Positions 37,465 to 51,910 of a stretch of 64,000 bases of DNA are shown piece after piece. The stretch is taken from NCBI GenBank assembly GCA_012295275.1, contig CM022677.1:17484001-17548000 (forward strand), in the 5' to 3' direction. Position 1 is the stretch's first letter. Every line of letters starts with the position of its first letter. Under the pieces are notes generated by a model. The model ran no database searches and was not told the origin of the DNA. It was given only the letters and a program-made list of their open reading frames with translations. The stretch comes from Chrysomallon squamiferum. Its lineage: Eukaryota > Animalia > Mollusca. A program made the translations under genes and the position numbers.

Positions 37465-39326
37465 GTACAGGAGGAAAGTAGTAGGAATAGAATAGGAAAA
37501 GTAGTAGGAACAGTAGGAATAGTAGTGTAGTGGTGCCAGTAGCCATTTAGGATTTCTCTCATTTGTTAAACCCTGAATATTCAACTATGGTAGTAGGAAT
37601 AGCAATAGGAATAGTAGTAGGAACAGCAGTATGTAGTGGTAGTAGCTATGTAGGTTTGGTTGTTAATCTAGAATATTCTCACAGTTAGGAATAAACTGAT
37701 ATAGGAATACTAGTAGGAAATAGTCAACCATGGATCTTGGTTGTTAACAGTAGTAGTCAACTCTGGATAATTAATAGTAGTAGTAGTGGTGGTGGTGGTG
37801 GTGGTGGTGGTGGTGGTAGTTGACATCACCATGCTTAGCCATCAAGGATTTGTGTATATGGTATAGTAGGTGCAGTAGGCTTAATTTTAGTAGTTGTGGT
37901 ATTAGTAGTGGAGATGGTGGTGGAGGTAGTAGAAGTCATCTAGGAATTGTGTCAGAATTCAGCTATGACATGGTTTGTTAGAGTGGTACTAGTGGTAGCA
38001 GCAGTAGTAGTAGTAGCAGAAGGCAGTAGGAAGTACTAAATATCTCAAAGTTCCCTCAGACATTATTTAACATTATAATAGTAGGAGGGAGAAATAGTAT
38101 TATAAATTATATTTCTGAACCTGTTTGAGTTCTCTCTGTCTAAACCAATACTAGTATTAGTTGTTGTAATTGCTTTAGTAGTCACAGTAGTAGTGGAAGT
38201 CATGGTACTGGACCAACTTGAAGTTGTGTCATAATTGAAACTCAAAAACCCAGAATAATTATGGTATAATTATGGTGGTTAGTTATTTTTAATTGAAGTA
38301 ATAGCAGCAGTAGTAGTAGTAGCAGAAGTCATTGTACTGGATGCTATAAGAGTTTTCTCATCCAGAATATACAACTATGGAAACAGTTAGTAATAGTAGT
38401 AGTAATAGTTAAAATAGTAGTTGTATTGTTGTATTTGCATTATTGGCAGCAATAGTTGTAATTGTAGTACTGGTTATTGGTTACTGGCACAGAATATTTT
38501 CTGATTAATATTAGCAGTAACTCTAGGAGAAATCACAAGTTCTCTTAGAGGTTGTCACCTAGAATATTCAGCAGTGATACAGTAGCAGTAATGGAAGTAA
38601 TAGTAGAACTCGTACTAGTACTAGTAGTAGGAGTAAGTGATTAATAGTAGTAATAGCAGTTGTAATTGTAGTAGTGGTTGTTTGTAAACGTAATATGAGT
38701 TATTGTTTCTGGTAATGAATATTTCCAGAACAGTAGTAGTAGTAGCAGCTATAGTAGTAATAGTAGTAGTAGTAGCATTAGTAGTAGCTGTAATAATATT
38801 AGTAATGACTGTACTTGTAGTATCGCTTATTGTTAATGTGCTAATATTTTCTGATTAGCAGTAGTAGTAGAAGCCATATAAGAAATAGTATTTATAGTAG
38901 TAGTAATATTGTTCTCTTGTTTTGTACAGTTGTGTATGAGTTTGTTTGAGTGTGTATTGTGTGTGTATGTCTCTATGTGTAATATATTTATTTCATAATG
39001 GTATTTATGGTATTTATTGATAATTATGTACATTTATTTATTTATAAATACTTTTACTTAACTATTTCATACAGTATTTATTTATAATTATTTTAACATG
39101 ATATTTTATATTGTATTTATTTACTAATTATTTATATGGCATTTATTCATAATTATTCTAATATGATATTTTATATTGTATTTATTTATGTGGATGAATT
39201 TCTCTATTTACTAATTATTTATACGGCATTTATTCATAATTATTCTAACATGATATTTTACATTGTATTTATTTACTAATTATTTATATGGATGATGAAT
39301 TTCTCTAATTGTTGTTTTCTGTCCAG

Positions 39327-39510
39327 GTTGCACAGATGAATTTGACGCTATGGTACGGGAGATACTAAAACTGTATCCGCAAACCAAACTCCTGGCCCTG
39401 GGGTTCAGCATGGGCGCGAACATTGTGGTGAAGTACCTGGGCGAGAGTAAAGAGAACCAGTCCAAGTTTATCTGTGGAATGTCCATTTGTCAGGGATACG
39501 ATGCAAACCA
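39327..39510 (+). CDS. ABHD2: ABHD2 exon with the catalytic Ser: GCTDEFDAMVREILKLYPQTKLLALGFSMGANIVVKYLGESKENQSKFICGMSICQGYDAN
   Basis: GxSxG nucleophile elbow (GFSMG). gtccag acceptor and GTGAGT donor, phase 1-2. Confidence 0.96.
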
Positions 39511-40086
39511 GTGAGTTAATTACACAATCTCATCATAGAACACGTTCACTGATTTTTTTTTTTTTTTAAAGTTCCTTTGTACCTGTAATTGTTTTGCTTC
39601 CATTAGTCCTTTGGTTACAACAGAGTGTTTGGTGTTCTGATATTATTTCACCATTTGAACTGTACCTGGATACCATCAGTTTGCACTGATATCAAATTTA
39701 GAATCTTTATAGTATTTCTGACCATTACAGAACACAATCTCATTTGTCTTATTGTAATTCTGTCATCAAAGGACAATTCCACTGTGTTCATAATAACTGG
39801 TTGGTGCTTCATTGAGAATTTATTTTTTTAAATTCCTTTGTACCTGTAACGTTTTACTTCCGTTAGTCCATTAGTGTACTGATATTTCACTAGTTTGCAC
39901 TGATGTCAAATTCAGAATCTTTAGAGTATTTCTGACCATTGCAGAACACAATCCCTTTTGTCTTTTTGTCATCGAGGACAATTCCTCTGTATTCACACAT
40001 CTCTGGTTGGTGCTACTTTGGAATGTGATCTGTACATCATGAAACTACTTTGGCTTGTGATCTATAACTTAAAGGGTGAGCTAAAG

Positions 40087-40356
40087 CATAAGTTTTCAAC
40101 CTGGGGATCGTGAGATCGTTCTTGAGTGAGTGTATGTTTTAGCTTTTTTCAACTTGACTTGGAACGAGGAATAAATAAAAGTGTATCAATATGTTTGGGA
40201 CCCATCATAGTCTATATAGATTCCTTTTGTACTGTCTTTGGTTGATGAAAATATGGTAACCCTTGATATTATTGAATCAAAAATTTTAAAGGGGGTCATC
40301 GGTCATATTGTCTTGCTCATAAGGGGTTGTGGTATGAAAAAGGTTTAAAACCAGTG
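40087..40356. mobile_element. 270-bp hAT (Charlie-like) MITE
   Basis: Degenerate TIRs cataagttttcaacct and aggtttaaaaccagtg. The flanking 8-bp TSD agctaaag / atctaaag matches at 7 of 8 positions. Confidence 0.7.
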
Positions 40357-40429
40357 ATCTAAAGCAAAACAGATATCTAGGAAGTTTCTGTATGATAACA
40401 GCATCACGAGAAAACATAATTATATTTTT

Positions 40430-40970
40430 TTAATAAGATATGTCAGTTTATAGTAGGCAGGTAAAGTAATGCAACAGATTTGACCTAGCTTGGACCAGAA
40501 ATGGATTAATTAGGATTGGAAATGGATTAGATAGGAAGAGCTTGGAATCCTTTAACATTAATATGTATATAAGAATATCACATCCAGGCAAACTTCATTT
40601 CTGATATAAGTTTTGTGAGTTCATCTGTATTCCACTCTGTGGTTTTACGTGTTCATTTACTATTTGATTGTTAGAGAATCTTAAGATGTTGGCTAAAGAG
40701 TTTTAATAGAATTTGCTTGGTGTAGATCACTAGATCATGTAGATCACACACCAGAGTAGAATATGCTCCGTGTAGATCACAAGATTGTGAAGATCACAAG
40801 CCAAAGTAGAATTTGCACTGTGGACATCACAAGGTCGTGTAGACCATATGTCAAAGGAGAATTTGCTTGGTGTAGATCACTAGATCATGTAGATGACACA
40901 CCAGAGTAGAATATGTTCAGTGTAGATCACTAGATTGTGCAGGTTGTGTAGACCATACGTATGTCAAAGT
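40430..40970 (+). mobile_element. Interspersed repeat, copy 1 (second copy at about 57950-58190), ending in gtagatcac sub-repeats
   Basis: Shared blocks: tgtcagtt(t)atag.aggcaggtaaa.taat.caacagatttgacctagctt, aaacttcatttctga, ctgtattccactctgtg and agatcacaagccaaagtag. Confidence 0.75.
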
Positions 40971-41949
40971 AGCACCCTCTGGCTTTCATTGCATTTTCAT
41001 CAGTCTAGCATAAGCCTGTTTATCATCTACTTCACTGCATACTGAGTTAAAAGAGAAGCTCTAGTGTACTGTGTTTTCATTAGTCCTGTACAATGTCTGG
41101 GTGTTATCCTCTTCCACTGGACCCTTGAGTTATGTAAGAATTTCTTGTTTATTTCAGTCCAGTAGCAGACATAATCCTTTTTGTTTTATTGTATTTGTTA
41201 TCATGCAGGGCAATGTCTGGATATCATCTACTTCAACTACACACTGAGTTTTAAAGGTTTGCCTAATAATGGATGGCTATCAGCTTTTAATCAGTACTGT
41301 AGCTTTTACTTTGAGTGTATATTTAGTTATAACCAAATCTCTGCTGTATCATATAACAAAGCCTATCATCTACTACCATTACATATTGAGATATAATTTA
41401 GATACAACATAGGTCTCAAGTATATGTTTGTAATAGAATCTGTGGTTAATCATATAACAGTTTCATCAGTCTATAACAAAGCCTAGATATCATCTACTAC
41501 CATTGCATATTGAGTTATAACTTAGGTCAACATATGTCTCAAGTACATTTTTACCATGTAATTTATTGGATATTTAGAAATAAGCAGAATCACATTTTCA
41601 TAACTCTATACAATGCCTGAATAGAGTCTACATCTTCTTTATATTCAGTTAAAACAGAATCTATAGCATATAGTACATTTTCATCAGTTTTGTTCAATTC
41701 AGTGCTTGTTACAGTCTGCTTACATTGTGTGTTGAGTTATAACACAGTTTCCAGTTTATTGTAGTTTTTATCAGACCAGTACAATGGTGGTTTAACATCT
41801 GCTTCTACTCTGTATTGAGTTGCAATAGAATCTACAGTTTATTTTATCATATTTGTATCAGTTCTATACAATACCTCAATACTATCACAGATGACATTTT
41901 CCCTGTCAGACAGCAATACTCTCTTCTGATGTAAACACATTAAACTATT

Positions 41950-43040
41950 AACTAACATTATTCTGTTCATTAATTTGTTCCTTATATTAATTCAGTGTAT
42001 TTAGTAATTGTATTATTTAAAATTATTCTAGTCATCGATTTATTCCATATATTAATTCAGTGTTATTTAGTAATGTATTAATTAAAATTATTCTGTTCAT
42101 TAATTTATTCCATATATTAATTCAGTGTATTTAGTAATGTATTAATTAAAACTGTTTTATTCATTAATTTGTTCCATAATATTAATTCTGTGTATTTAGT
42201 AATATATTAATTAAAATTATTCTATTCATTAATTAAGTGGATTTAGTAATGTATTAATTAAAACTGTTTTATTCATTAATTTATTCTATATATTAGTTCA
42301 GTATTAGTAATGTTTATACACGATTACAAGGAACTTTTCATGTCATCTGTTATTTAGCTACTCTTCTTTTTGACTCAGTGAATAAAACAGAACCTACATT
42401 ATTAAAATTTACTCATTTATTCTTTATCCACTATTTAGTAGATACACAAACCATTTTCATCTCATAACCTAACCTTATATTACTTACTTAGTCCTTCTAA
42501 ATCCTATCTGCTTTATGGAGGGTAAAAAACCTACTTCTCTATCGCTTTCTGTCTGTCACCAGGTCTCTAGCTTTTTACCCCACTATCTCAGATCTAGACA
42601 GATGAGGTTCCCTTCATATCTTCATTATTATCATCATATCTTTATTATCATCTTCATATCTTTATTATTATCTTCATCATTATCTTCATATCTTCATTAT
42701 TATCTTCAAATCTTCATTATTATCATCATTTCTTCATTATTATCATCATATCTTCATTATTATCTTCAAATCTTCATTATCATCATTTCTTCATTATTAT
42801 CATCATATCTTCATTATTATCTTCATATCTTCATTATTATCGTCATTATTATCTTCATCATTATTTTCATTATTATTGTCATATCTTCATTATTATCTTC
42901 ATCATTACCTTCATATCTTTATTATTATCTTTATATCTTCATTATTATCTTCATCATTATCTTCATCATAATCTTCATTATTATCTTCATAATCGTCATT
43001 ATTATCTTCATATTCTTCATTATTATCTTCTTCCAAATCT
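41950..43040. repeat. About 62-bp AT-rich tandem array (41950-42310) and a (TCT/TCA/TTA)n low-complexity tract (42610-43040)
   Basis: Directly visible; explains the spurious ORF 42515-43093. Confidence 0.88.
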
Positions 43041-43150
43041 TTTACAAAGGTATTAATCATTTTTATATATATATATACCACAGTTCTAGGTGAGTTGAGT
43101 ACATTCTCATTCCTTCTTTAAATTGTTTAACTGATTTCCTCTGCATTCAG

Positions 43151-43348
43151 AGCTAAGCCGTTGCTGATGGACTGGGAGAACATGAGGAGGGTGTACATAT
43201 TCTTCATGACTGAAAACATGAAGATGCTGCTCAGGAACAACTACTCCATTCTGTTCGGCGAGGACGCCAAGAAACGTTACGGTCCAGTGGATGAGTCCAA
43301 AGTGTTTTCTTCGACCTCTCTCGTTGAACTGGATGAGTATTTTAGCAG
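43151..43348 (+). CDS. ABHD2: ABHD2 exon: AKPLLMDWENMRRVYIFFMTENMKMLLRNNYSILFGEDAKKRYGPVDESKVFSSTSLVELDEYFS
   Basis: Matches ABHD2 W...RR.Y.F.M..NMK......LFG...TSL...D. Phase 2-2. Confidence 0.93.
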
Positions 43349-43776
43349 GTGGGTGATTATTATTATTTTTATTTTTATTTTTTTTTTTTCGTTTTAATAA
43401 TATATAGTGTATTAGCTGTTCTGTTTTTAAGACTATATAGAAGAGTATAATCTATAAAAGATTATTTTTTTCTCAATAACTTTAGAATAAAATGAAGAAA
43501 TTATCCCCAAAGAAACAATCTCTGTGTATGTGTTGTAATTTGAATCATTGTATATTCTTACACTGAATATTCTATATTTCAATATTACATATATTTTTTA
43601 GTTTGTGTCTGTGTGTCTATACTTGTGTTATATTGAATATACATGTTACATTTCAATATTACATATATTTTTCAGTTTGTGTCTGTGTGTCTATACATAC
43701 ATACATACATACATATATACATACATACACACATACATATCTTTCTAATACTAATCTTAAACAATTAATTTTTCAG

Positions 43777-43846
43777 CCGAAGAGCAGGTTTTGCTAATCA
43801 TACTGACTACTACACCTGGGCAAGTTGTCGTCATGTAATTAATGAG
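43777..43846 (+). CDS. ABHD2: ABHD2 exon: RRAGFANHTDYYTWASCRHVINE
   Basis: Matches G(Y/F)....EYY...SC. tttcag acceptor and GTGGGT donor, phase 2-0. Confidence 0.9.
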
Positions 43847-44050
43847 GTGGGTACTCAGTAGTCTAGTCATCATTGTTGTTAATGGGGTGAGTCCTCTGTA
43901 ACCTAGTCATCTTGTTAATGAGGTGAATACCTGGTAATCTAGTCATCTTGTTAATGAGGTGAGTACTCAGCAGTCTAGTCATCTTGTTGTTAATGAGGTG
44001 AGTCCTTGGTAGTCTAGTTATATTTTTAATGAACTGATAGAGTACTCACT
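43830..44050 (+). repeat. About 5-6 copies (36-40 bp) of the exon end plus donor (gtcatcttgttaatgag|gtgagtactcagtagtcta)
   Basis: The first copy is the real junction. An extra copy lies at about 44931-44990, after the next exon. Confidence 0.9.
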
Positions 44051-44059
44051 GATAATGTC

Positions 44060-44853
44060 ACTTTCTAGATTGAGATACCATTGTTTATGTATTTGTATTG
44101 AAATTTTCTTGACATGCAGACCATTGTTTAAGTATTTTTACTGTTATTTTCTAAATCAGTATGCCAGTTGTTTAAATATTTCTACTGTTATTTTATTGTT
44201 ATTGTTATTTTCTAGGTAGAGGTATCAGTTTATTTTGGAGTATGATTGTTATTTTCTAGATTGATATACCCACTGTTTGTCTTGTTATTTTCTAGACTGA
44301 TATAATACTATACGTATATTGTTATTGTCTAGATTATGCATGTTGTTGTTTTCTAGATTATACCTACTGTTTGTGTGTTATTATTTTATAGATTGATATA
44401 CCACTGTTTATGTGTTATTATTTTATAGACTGATATACCACTGTTTATGTGTTATTATTTTATAGATTGATATACCACTGTTTATGTGTTATTATTTTGT
44501 AGATTGATATACCACTGTTTATGTATTGTTATCTTCTAGATTGATATACCTCTGTTTATGTGTTGTTATTTTCTAGATTTATATACCTCTGTTTATGTTG
44601 TTATTATCTAGAATGATATACCAGTTTATGTGTTGTTATTTTCTGGATTGATATACCACTGTTTATGTGTTGTTATTTTCTAGATTGATATACCACTGTT
44701 TATGTGTTGTTATTTTCTAGATTGATATACCACTGTTTATGTGTTGTTATTTTCTAGATTGATATACCACTGTTTATGTGTTGTTATTTTCTAGATTGAT
44801 ATACCACTGTTTATGTGTTGTTATTTTCTAGATTGATATACCACTATTTATGC
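44060..44853 (+). repeat. About 20 copies of a 37-bp acceptor plus exon-start unit (tgttgttattttctag|attgatataccactgtttatg)
   Basis: Period 37 (exon-start copies at 44721, 44758, 44795, 44832). The last copy is the real junction, and copies decay with distance from the exon. Confidence 0.97.
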
Positions 44854-44916
44854 TGAATGCTGGAGATGATCCTCTTGTACCACCTGTTCTGCTTGAAACT
44901 GCCAAAACCTATGCAG
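44832..44916 (+). CDS. ABHD2: ABHD2 exon with the catalytic Asp: IDIPLFMLNAGDDPLVPPVLLETAKTYA
   Basis: Matches I.VPLMLVNAADDPLV. Donor GTGAGT, phase 0-1. Confidence 0.95.
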
Positions 44917-45029
44917 GTGAGTAAAACAAAATCTTGATGTTAATGAGGTGACTATTCAGTAGTCTAGTCATCTTGTTGTTAAAAATCTGGATGTATATAA
45001 TTTTAGTCATTCTGTATTAAAGCAGTAAG

Positions 45030-46130
45030 ACTGTAATATGTAAAAAATTATGTAATCTGTCATTATAGATAGTTCACTATTTACATTACAATACATAAAT
45101 ATATACTGTTATATGTAATGTATTGTATGTTATTGTAATGTATGAACAGACATTTTCTGACATTTTATTGCACAAAAAGATAATATTTTTATATGTAAAC
45201 TGTCAAGTAATGTAAAGCCAGACCCTACTCACAAACAAATTACATTCTAATACATAAAAAAACTATTGTAAAATGTCATGTAATGTTCAGAGAAACCCCT
45301 GTTTAGAAATATAACAGGTAACCTACCATGCACATATTGTCCATACTTACAATGAGGTTATATAAAAGCATACTGTAATGTGTAAACTATAATGTAATGT
45401 ACAGATACATCCCTGCTTGTAACCAGATTACATTCTAATAAATAAAAAACTGAGCATGTAAACTATAATATAATTTTCAGACACATCCCTACTTAGATTC
45501 TAAAACACACACACACACACACAGAAGTGGTAATAATTAAACTATATTTAATGCACAGAGAGACCCCTACTTACAACCAACTTAATTCTGTTAGATAAAA
45601 AATATTGTAATATGTAAACTGTAATGTACAGATAGAACCCTACAAACAGCTAGTTACATTGTAATATGTAAAAAAAATACTGTACTATGTAAACTGAAAT
45701 AAATACTATAAATAATATATAAACTATAATATACTGTACATATACATCTCTACTTATAACCAGTTTTCATTGTAATATATAATAAAATACTGTAATATGT
45801 AAACTATAATATACTGTACAGATACATCTCTACTTATAACCAGTTTTCATTGTAATATATAATAAAATACTGTAATATGTAAACTATAATACACTGTACA
45901 GATACATCTCTACTTATAACCAGTTTTCATTCTAATATATAAAAAAATACTGTAATATGTAAACTATAATACACTGTACAGATACATCTCTACTTGTAGC
46001 CAGATTACATTTTAAAACATAAAAAAAATACTGTTTATAAACATAACTGAAAAGATTGTATTATATGCTAACATATAAAAAATAAGAATTATAATGTAAT
46101 GTACAGACAGACACCTACTACAATTGAAAT
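45030..46130. repeat. 80-bp minisatellite (4 near-perfect copies 45721-46020, degenerate flanks)
   Basis: aaactataat recurs at 45721, 45801, 45881 and 45961. Confidence 0.9.
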
Positions 46131-46812
46131 AATTAAAAAAATAATAATAATATTTACTCTGTCATATGATACACACAGTCCCCTGTGCACAACTGATGGT
46201 CCAGATGTAGCTTGCAATTTGATTAAGTTTCTTTGTTTATGAAATATTATCCAGCATTAGACCATCTAGGGCACTGCATTTTTTTTTTTTCATCAACACA
46301 GTCAGATATCACTCTATGCACTGAACAAACTATTCCAGCCATCCAGCAGTTGAATCATGATTTTCATTTATCTTTTTTCTCTCATCATTTTTATACATAG
46401 ATATTTATGTACAAACAGACACAGACAAACACACATGCATGAGTAATCAGAATAATGTGTAATGAATCTTTGTCACATTTGATTGCACACAAATGCATAC
46501 ATGTAAAGAAATGTGTACATGTGCTATGTGTATGTGCACATAGATAAAAAAAAATACTCATTCACACACACACACACAAACACAAATGCCTTCTTAACTA
46601 TATCAATACACTGATTTATCATATCTTTCCTCTTACAAGTAGCAACATAAAATATACTACATCTAAAGCATAGCCCATCAAATTGTAATACAAGATTTTC
46701 TCATTCCTTACCTTTATTATAAGGTCATCACAGCATAAATTCTATGCCTTGAATAGTTAAATAAAACCTTGTTAGTTTATTAATATTATTATTACTATTT
46801 TATTTTTTTCAG

Positions 46813-46958
46813 CTACACATGACAAATGTATATTTGCTGTCACCAAGCATGGCGGCCATCTTGGACATTTTGAAGGGGGGATAATTACTCCGAACCCAAT
46901 CACCTGGCTAGACAGAGCAGTCATTCAGTTTGCTGATGCAGTGACTTCGATGAAATGA
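46813..46958 (+). CDS. ABHD2: ABHD2 last exon with the catalytic His: THDKCIFAVTKHGGHLGHFEGGIITPNPITWLDRAVIQFADAVTSMK*
   Basis: HGGHLG.FEG...P.P.TW.D hallmark; TGA at 46956-46958. Confidence 0.96.
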
Positions 46959-46985
46959 TAACATTTTTATTATTATTATTTTATT

Positions 46986-47022
<37 letters not shown>

Positions 47023-50000
47023 TTGGTATTTCACAGAATAGAACCATTCTCATTAGAATTATTAATTTTCATTTCTGATTTATACTGACTCACCTAATGT
47101 AGTGAAACTAGATTTGTGACTCGGTAACTTTTCTTCAAACATGATAGACAAAAATAATGTTTTTATTTATTTTATATTTTTTAATTGTTTTTCCTTTTAA
47201 TCCTTACATCACTCTCTGATCTTAACTGTAATAGTTGGTCACTTTGTAATTTTCTTTTATAAAAATATTATAAAATACTGGAGGGGTTTCTGTAATATTT
47301 AGAATATTTTTTCACACTGATGTTCAGTTATTCTCTTATAAAAAATAACAAATAGTTAATAAAATAAAGTTGAGTTTAGTCTATTTTAATCAAGTAATAA
47401 CAAAGCATGTATGTATTTGAGTTTTGTGTGTGTGTGCGTCTCTTTTTTTTTTTTTTTTTTTTTTTTTATTTAGTATTTTATTTATTTAGTCATTATCTTC
47501 TATACCTTTCTTCAGTAATGCTCAGAAATAAATCAGTTTAAGCATTTATTCATTTCCTGCAGCCATCCATGTGCAATCTTTATTTTATACATTTAAAATT
47601 CTCAATGCAATTTAATTTTGATGTTACTGCCATTGTAACATCAAATAGTTTGATATATTTTAATTTTTAACTTTTATTTAAACATAAAATTGGAAATATT
47701 TTATATTTTATTATTTTAAAAATGCTGTATTTTGTAGAAAAATGTTGTTTTATTTTGGTTGGTTTTTATTTTTATATTTTTGGCATTTTATTACATTTTT
47801 TTTTTATTATTATTATTATTTCATGATATTTTTAAAAAAAAGTTTTTTATGTTTAGTTACTTTCTTCCTCAAATTGTTTTTTAAAATGGTGTATTTATTA
47901 TATCATTATATTTTTCTTCTTTTTTCTATTTTAATCTTTCTATTTTTTCAATTGAAGATGTTAATAAAAAAAAAAATTGTACATTTTTTACATGTTTAGT
48001 TATTTTCTTCATTTTTAGATTTATATTTAATACAGAACTATAGGGAAAACAAAATGAATAAAATAATTTACCAGTATTATAATTCATTAGTTTCTTAATA
48101 TAATCCGATCATCACTGTAAAATTAAAACTAGTCATTTTCATTTATTGTCATTATACTAATTTTGTCATTATTACTAATTTTACCACTGCTACTTCCATT
48201 ACTATTAATATACTGTTATTATTACTGTTACTGCTACTAGTGGTAGTATTATTACTGCTTACAGCTAATCTCATTACTACTACTATTCCAACTGCCTCAA
48301 TTACTGCTACAACTACTACTAACTACCATTGCAATACTGGTTACTCTGTATTACATTCCAAAATGTTTTGTTTTCTTTAACATATATGTGGTTGTTTTGT
48401 TTCAGAATGTATGTGCTTTTTGTATGTTTTGAAATGAATTGTATTTACATCAGAAGACCAAAGCTTACTTTTTAACCAGCATTAAAAAAATAAAACAAAA
48501 AAACAGCAAAGCACACACAGCAGACAAACATAGATACAACAAAAAAACAGCAAAACTGCCATTTATATGTTATTTGTACGGGCATTAACGTTCATGTGTA
48601 AATTTATCTTAGTCATTATATTTTTCAGACAATTGTTGGCAAATTTCTACTCAATTTATGTTCAGTTATCCTAATCTGGAATTTCATTAGATTTCTTGTC
48701 GACATTTGAAAATATTTCATTTTGGTATTCCATCCTGATATGAAATATTTAAAAACTTGTACTAAATGTTTAGAAACCAATAAAATAATTGAAGTTAAAA
48801 AGAATAAAAAATAATTTAGTTCTAGAACATGTTTGCATTCAGGGTAAACTTTGATGATTTTTTTTTCAGCCAATTGTGTGTAAATAAATTGTAATTATTT
48901 TTATTATTCTCATTAATTTTTTTAATAATTTTTATCAAATGTTAAATTTAATTAAATTAATTTATCACATATTTGAAATAATAAATATGTAAATGTAATA
49001 ATATAATCCAGACAATTATATTTATAATTTAATATTTTATATTTGATAGTTTTTAAAACTAAATTAAGCAAAAATTTTAATTTACATAAATAATGTAATG
49101 AAAGTAATTAAATATAATAATATAATTTATGCAGTGTTAAACAGACATATAAAATAATGTAAGCTGAAGATTTTTATCTGTTTTATTTATTACCAAAAAG
49201 AAACATTCAGAGGGACAAATGATTTTAATCTTGTAAAATGATGTTAATCAAGAAGGCAAAATATGAATTTTTAATACACTGAATTACATGTATTTTTTAT
49301 TCTATTCTCTAGATAATATGTATAATGTTTGCAAATTTGTTCTTCTTTTTATTTCTTTTTTGTCCTCAAATAACATTCATATTTGTTAATTGCTGAAATG
49401 TTAATTACTTGAAAATTTTGTTAAATGTTTTGATGTCAGTGTTTATTTTGTTTCTTTTGATTTTATTTCTGAGTACTTATCACAATGTATGTTTTTCAAA
49501 ATTACATATACTGAAGTGTTCAATATAAAATTTTCATTTTTATTAATATGTGCATTATAATTCTTGCTTTTATTGACTTCTTAGAAAAAGATAGAAAAAT
49601 GGAAATTATCCAGTAGTCATAGCAATTTTGCCATTTCCATATTAATATTATTAGGGACCACTTGTTGTTTTTTTCAAAACTGTGATTACATAATATCAGA
49701 CTAATAACAATAAGACATATATATATATATATATACATATATATACAGAAACGCACAAACTCAGAAAACAGTGCACACAAATAGTACCATTTTTTTGTTG
49801 AAATTGTAAATTATTTAACATTTTATTTTATTTTTAGTTCAAGATAGTTGCATTATTTATAAATTAACAGGCATTTAAGTCATGGTTTTCATTTGTTTCT
49901 TTTTCATTCTTTTCTTTTTCTTTTTTTTTTCATTTGTTCATTTGTTGGTTTTTTTTGTTTTTTTATTTATATTGTGTTGTTGTTGTTGCTGTTGCTGTTT

Positions 50001-50587
50001 TTGTCTGTACAGACCAATTTCGTATGATGCCAAACATGGTTATAAAAGTATAAAATCATATGTTAAAGTAATAAAAACAAAATTCAAAAATATTAAATAA
50101 TTAAACAAAAACCTAATAAAACTTCTTTTTATTCCTTTGTTATTCTGTTGTTTTTAATAATTATCTTTATTTTATATTTTTTAATTATTATTTTTAGGTT
50201 AATGTGTGGGGGTTTTTATAAACAGAAAATATAATCACAGTTAGTGTTAATGTTGCAGGATGAAAATAAATTTTGTGTTTATTTTAAGTGTCCAATAGTT
50301 TTAAAAAATCATCATATATTTTGTAATAAAATTGGCAATGTATATATTTAATTTAAGTAACAATATCAAACTAAAAGAACAAAGAAAGAAAAGAAAAGAA
50401 AAGAAAAAATTGAACTGGGAAAATATTAATGATAACATTTAATTAGCAACATATCCGAGTTAAATATCAGTCATATTTTTAAGAATAAAAAGAATTCTAA
50501 TTTGTAATATTCAGCAAAATCATTCATGACATTATTATTTATTTGGTACTATCAGTAGCAGATATACTTAATGTATTACAATATAAA

Positions 50588-50621
<34 letters not shown>

Positions 50622-51053
50622 TATAATTCAAAATGGTCAAAAAAAACATTAATAAACTTATTTATTTGGTAATAAAATTATAAAAAAAAAAAAAAAAAAA
50701 TTGTTTTAATTCCTGATTTGAATACCCAAAGCAAAAATAAAAAGACACAATGTTGATCCAAACATTATTGATATTATCATTTATTTTGTAACGAAATTAA
50801 CGAATTGCTGATTTAAGTACCAGTGCCGGTGATGTTTTATCAGAATAAAAAACAATTCTGCTTCACTGTTTATATTCAGCAAGACTGTGTGAATATTTTG
50901 TCCAGTATTCTGACAAAGTTTTGTACTGCATAAAATGGATACCATACATCATTACTTTTTCAAATTCAGTTACATACAGAAGCTGACTTAATCAGATTTG
51001 ATCGTAAATAATAATAATTATTATTATTGCTATTTTGTTATTTTATGATTATG

Positions 51054-51116
<63 letters not shown>

Positions 51117-51910
51117 TGCATGGGTTTCTTTAGCTTTTTTCTTTCATTTAGTTTTAGTTTTTTTTATATTGATATTATTATATATATATTGAATTGTTTG
51201 TCATATAAATATGTTCAGATATTTTTTGTAAATGTTTTAATTCAATTTATAGTTTCTTTCATTTTACAATTATTTGCAGTATTTTGATGAAGAAAAATAA
51301 ACTTTTTGTTTTTAATATTATTTGGTTATGTTGTCTTTTACAAGTTAAGTTAATCCATGCTTAGTCGAAAATATTTCATTAATAATACACTGAACATATT
51401 TTTATTTGTTGTTACTTTGCATGCATATATATGCCAGGGACAGGCAAACATTTTAAAACAGTGGCCTGGTGGGATCTTATAGAAAGAGCATGAGGGTCAG
51501 AATATGATATGAGAAAAAAAAAAATTCAAACCATGTATACTCAGGTAGGTATGTGGACAAAAAATTCAAACACTACCAACTTCAACATAAATAACATTGC
51601 TGAAAAGAACTCTAAAAACCCTATAAAAGACAACAAACATCATGTGATTCTGTTGAGTATTAAGGAAGTTACAGCATTTTAACGTTTTCAATTAACACTA
51701 ATTAATTGTCCTATTATTTAATGCATTTGCATTACAATGGCGTGACCAAAATCCTAATGTTTTTCACTAAAATGCATGTAACTTTCTTAATAATCAAATT
51801 TTATTATTGAAATTTGGACTGAATATAGATGGTAACTAGTTCTCTCAATTCAAGCTATTAAAAATGCAATATAAATAATTAGTAGTACAGTAGATTTTAA
51901 TTCTGATGTT

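Noticed and set aside
42515-43093. 192-aa ORF rich in I/S/Y/H
   Set aside because: Trinucleotide low-complexity tract inside an ABHD2 intron.
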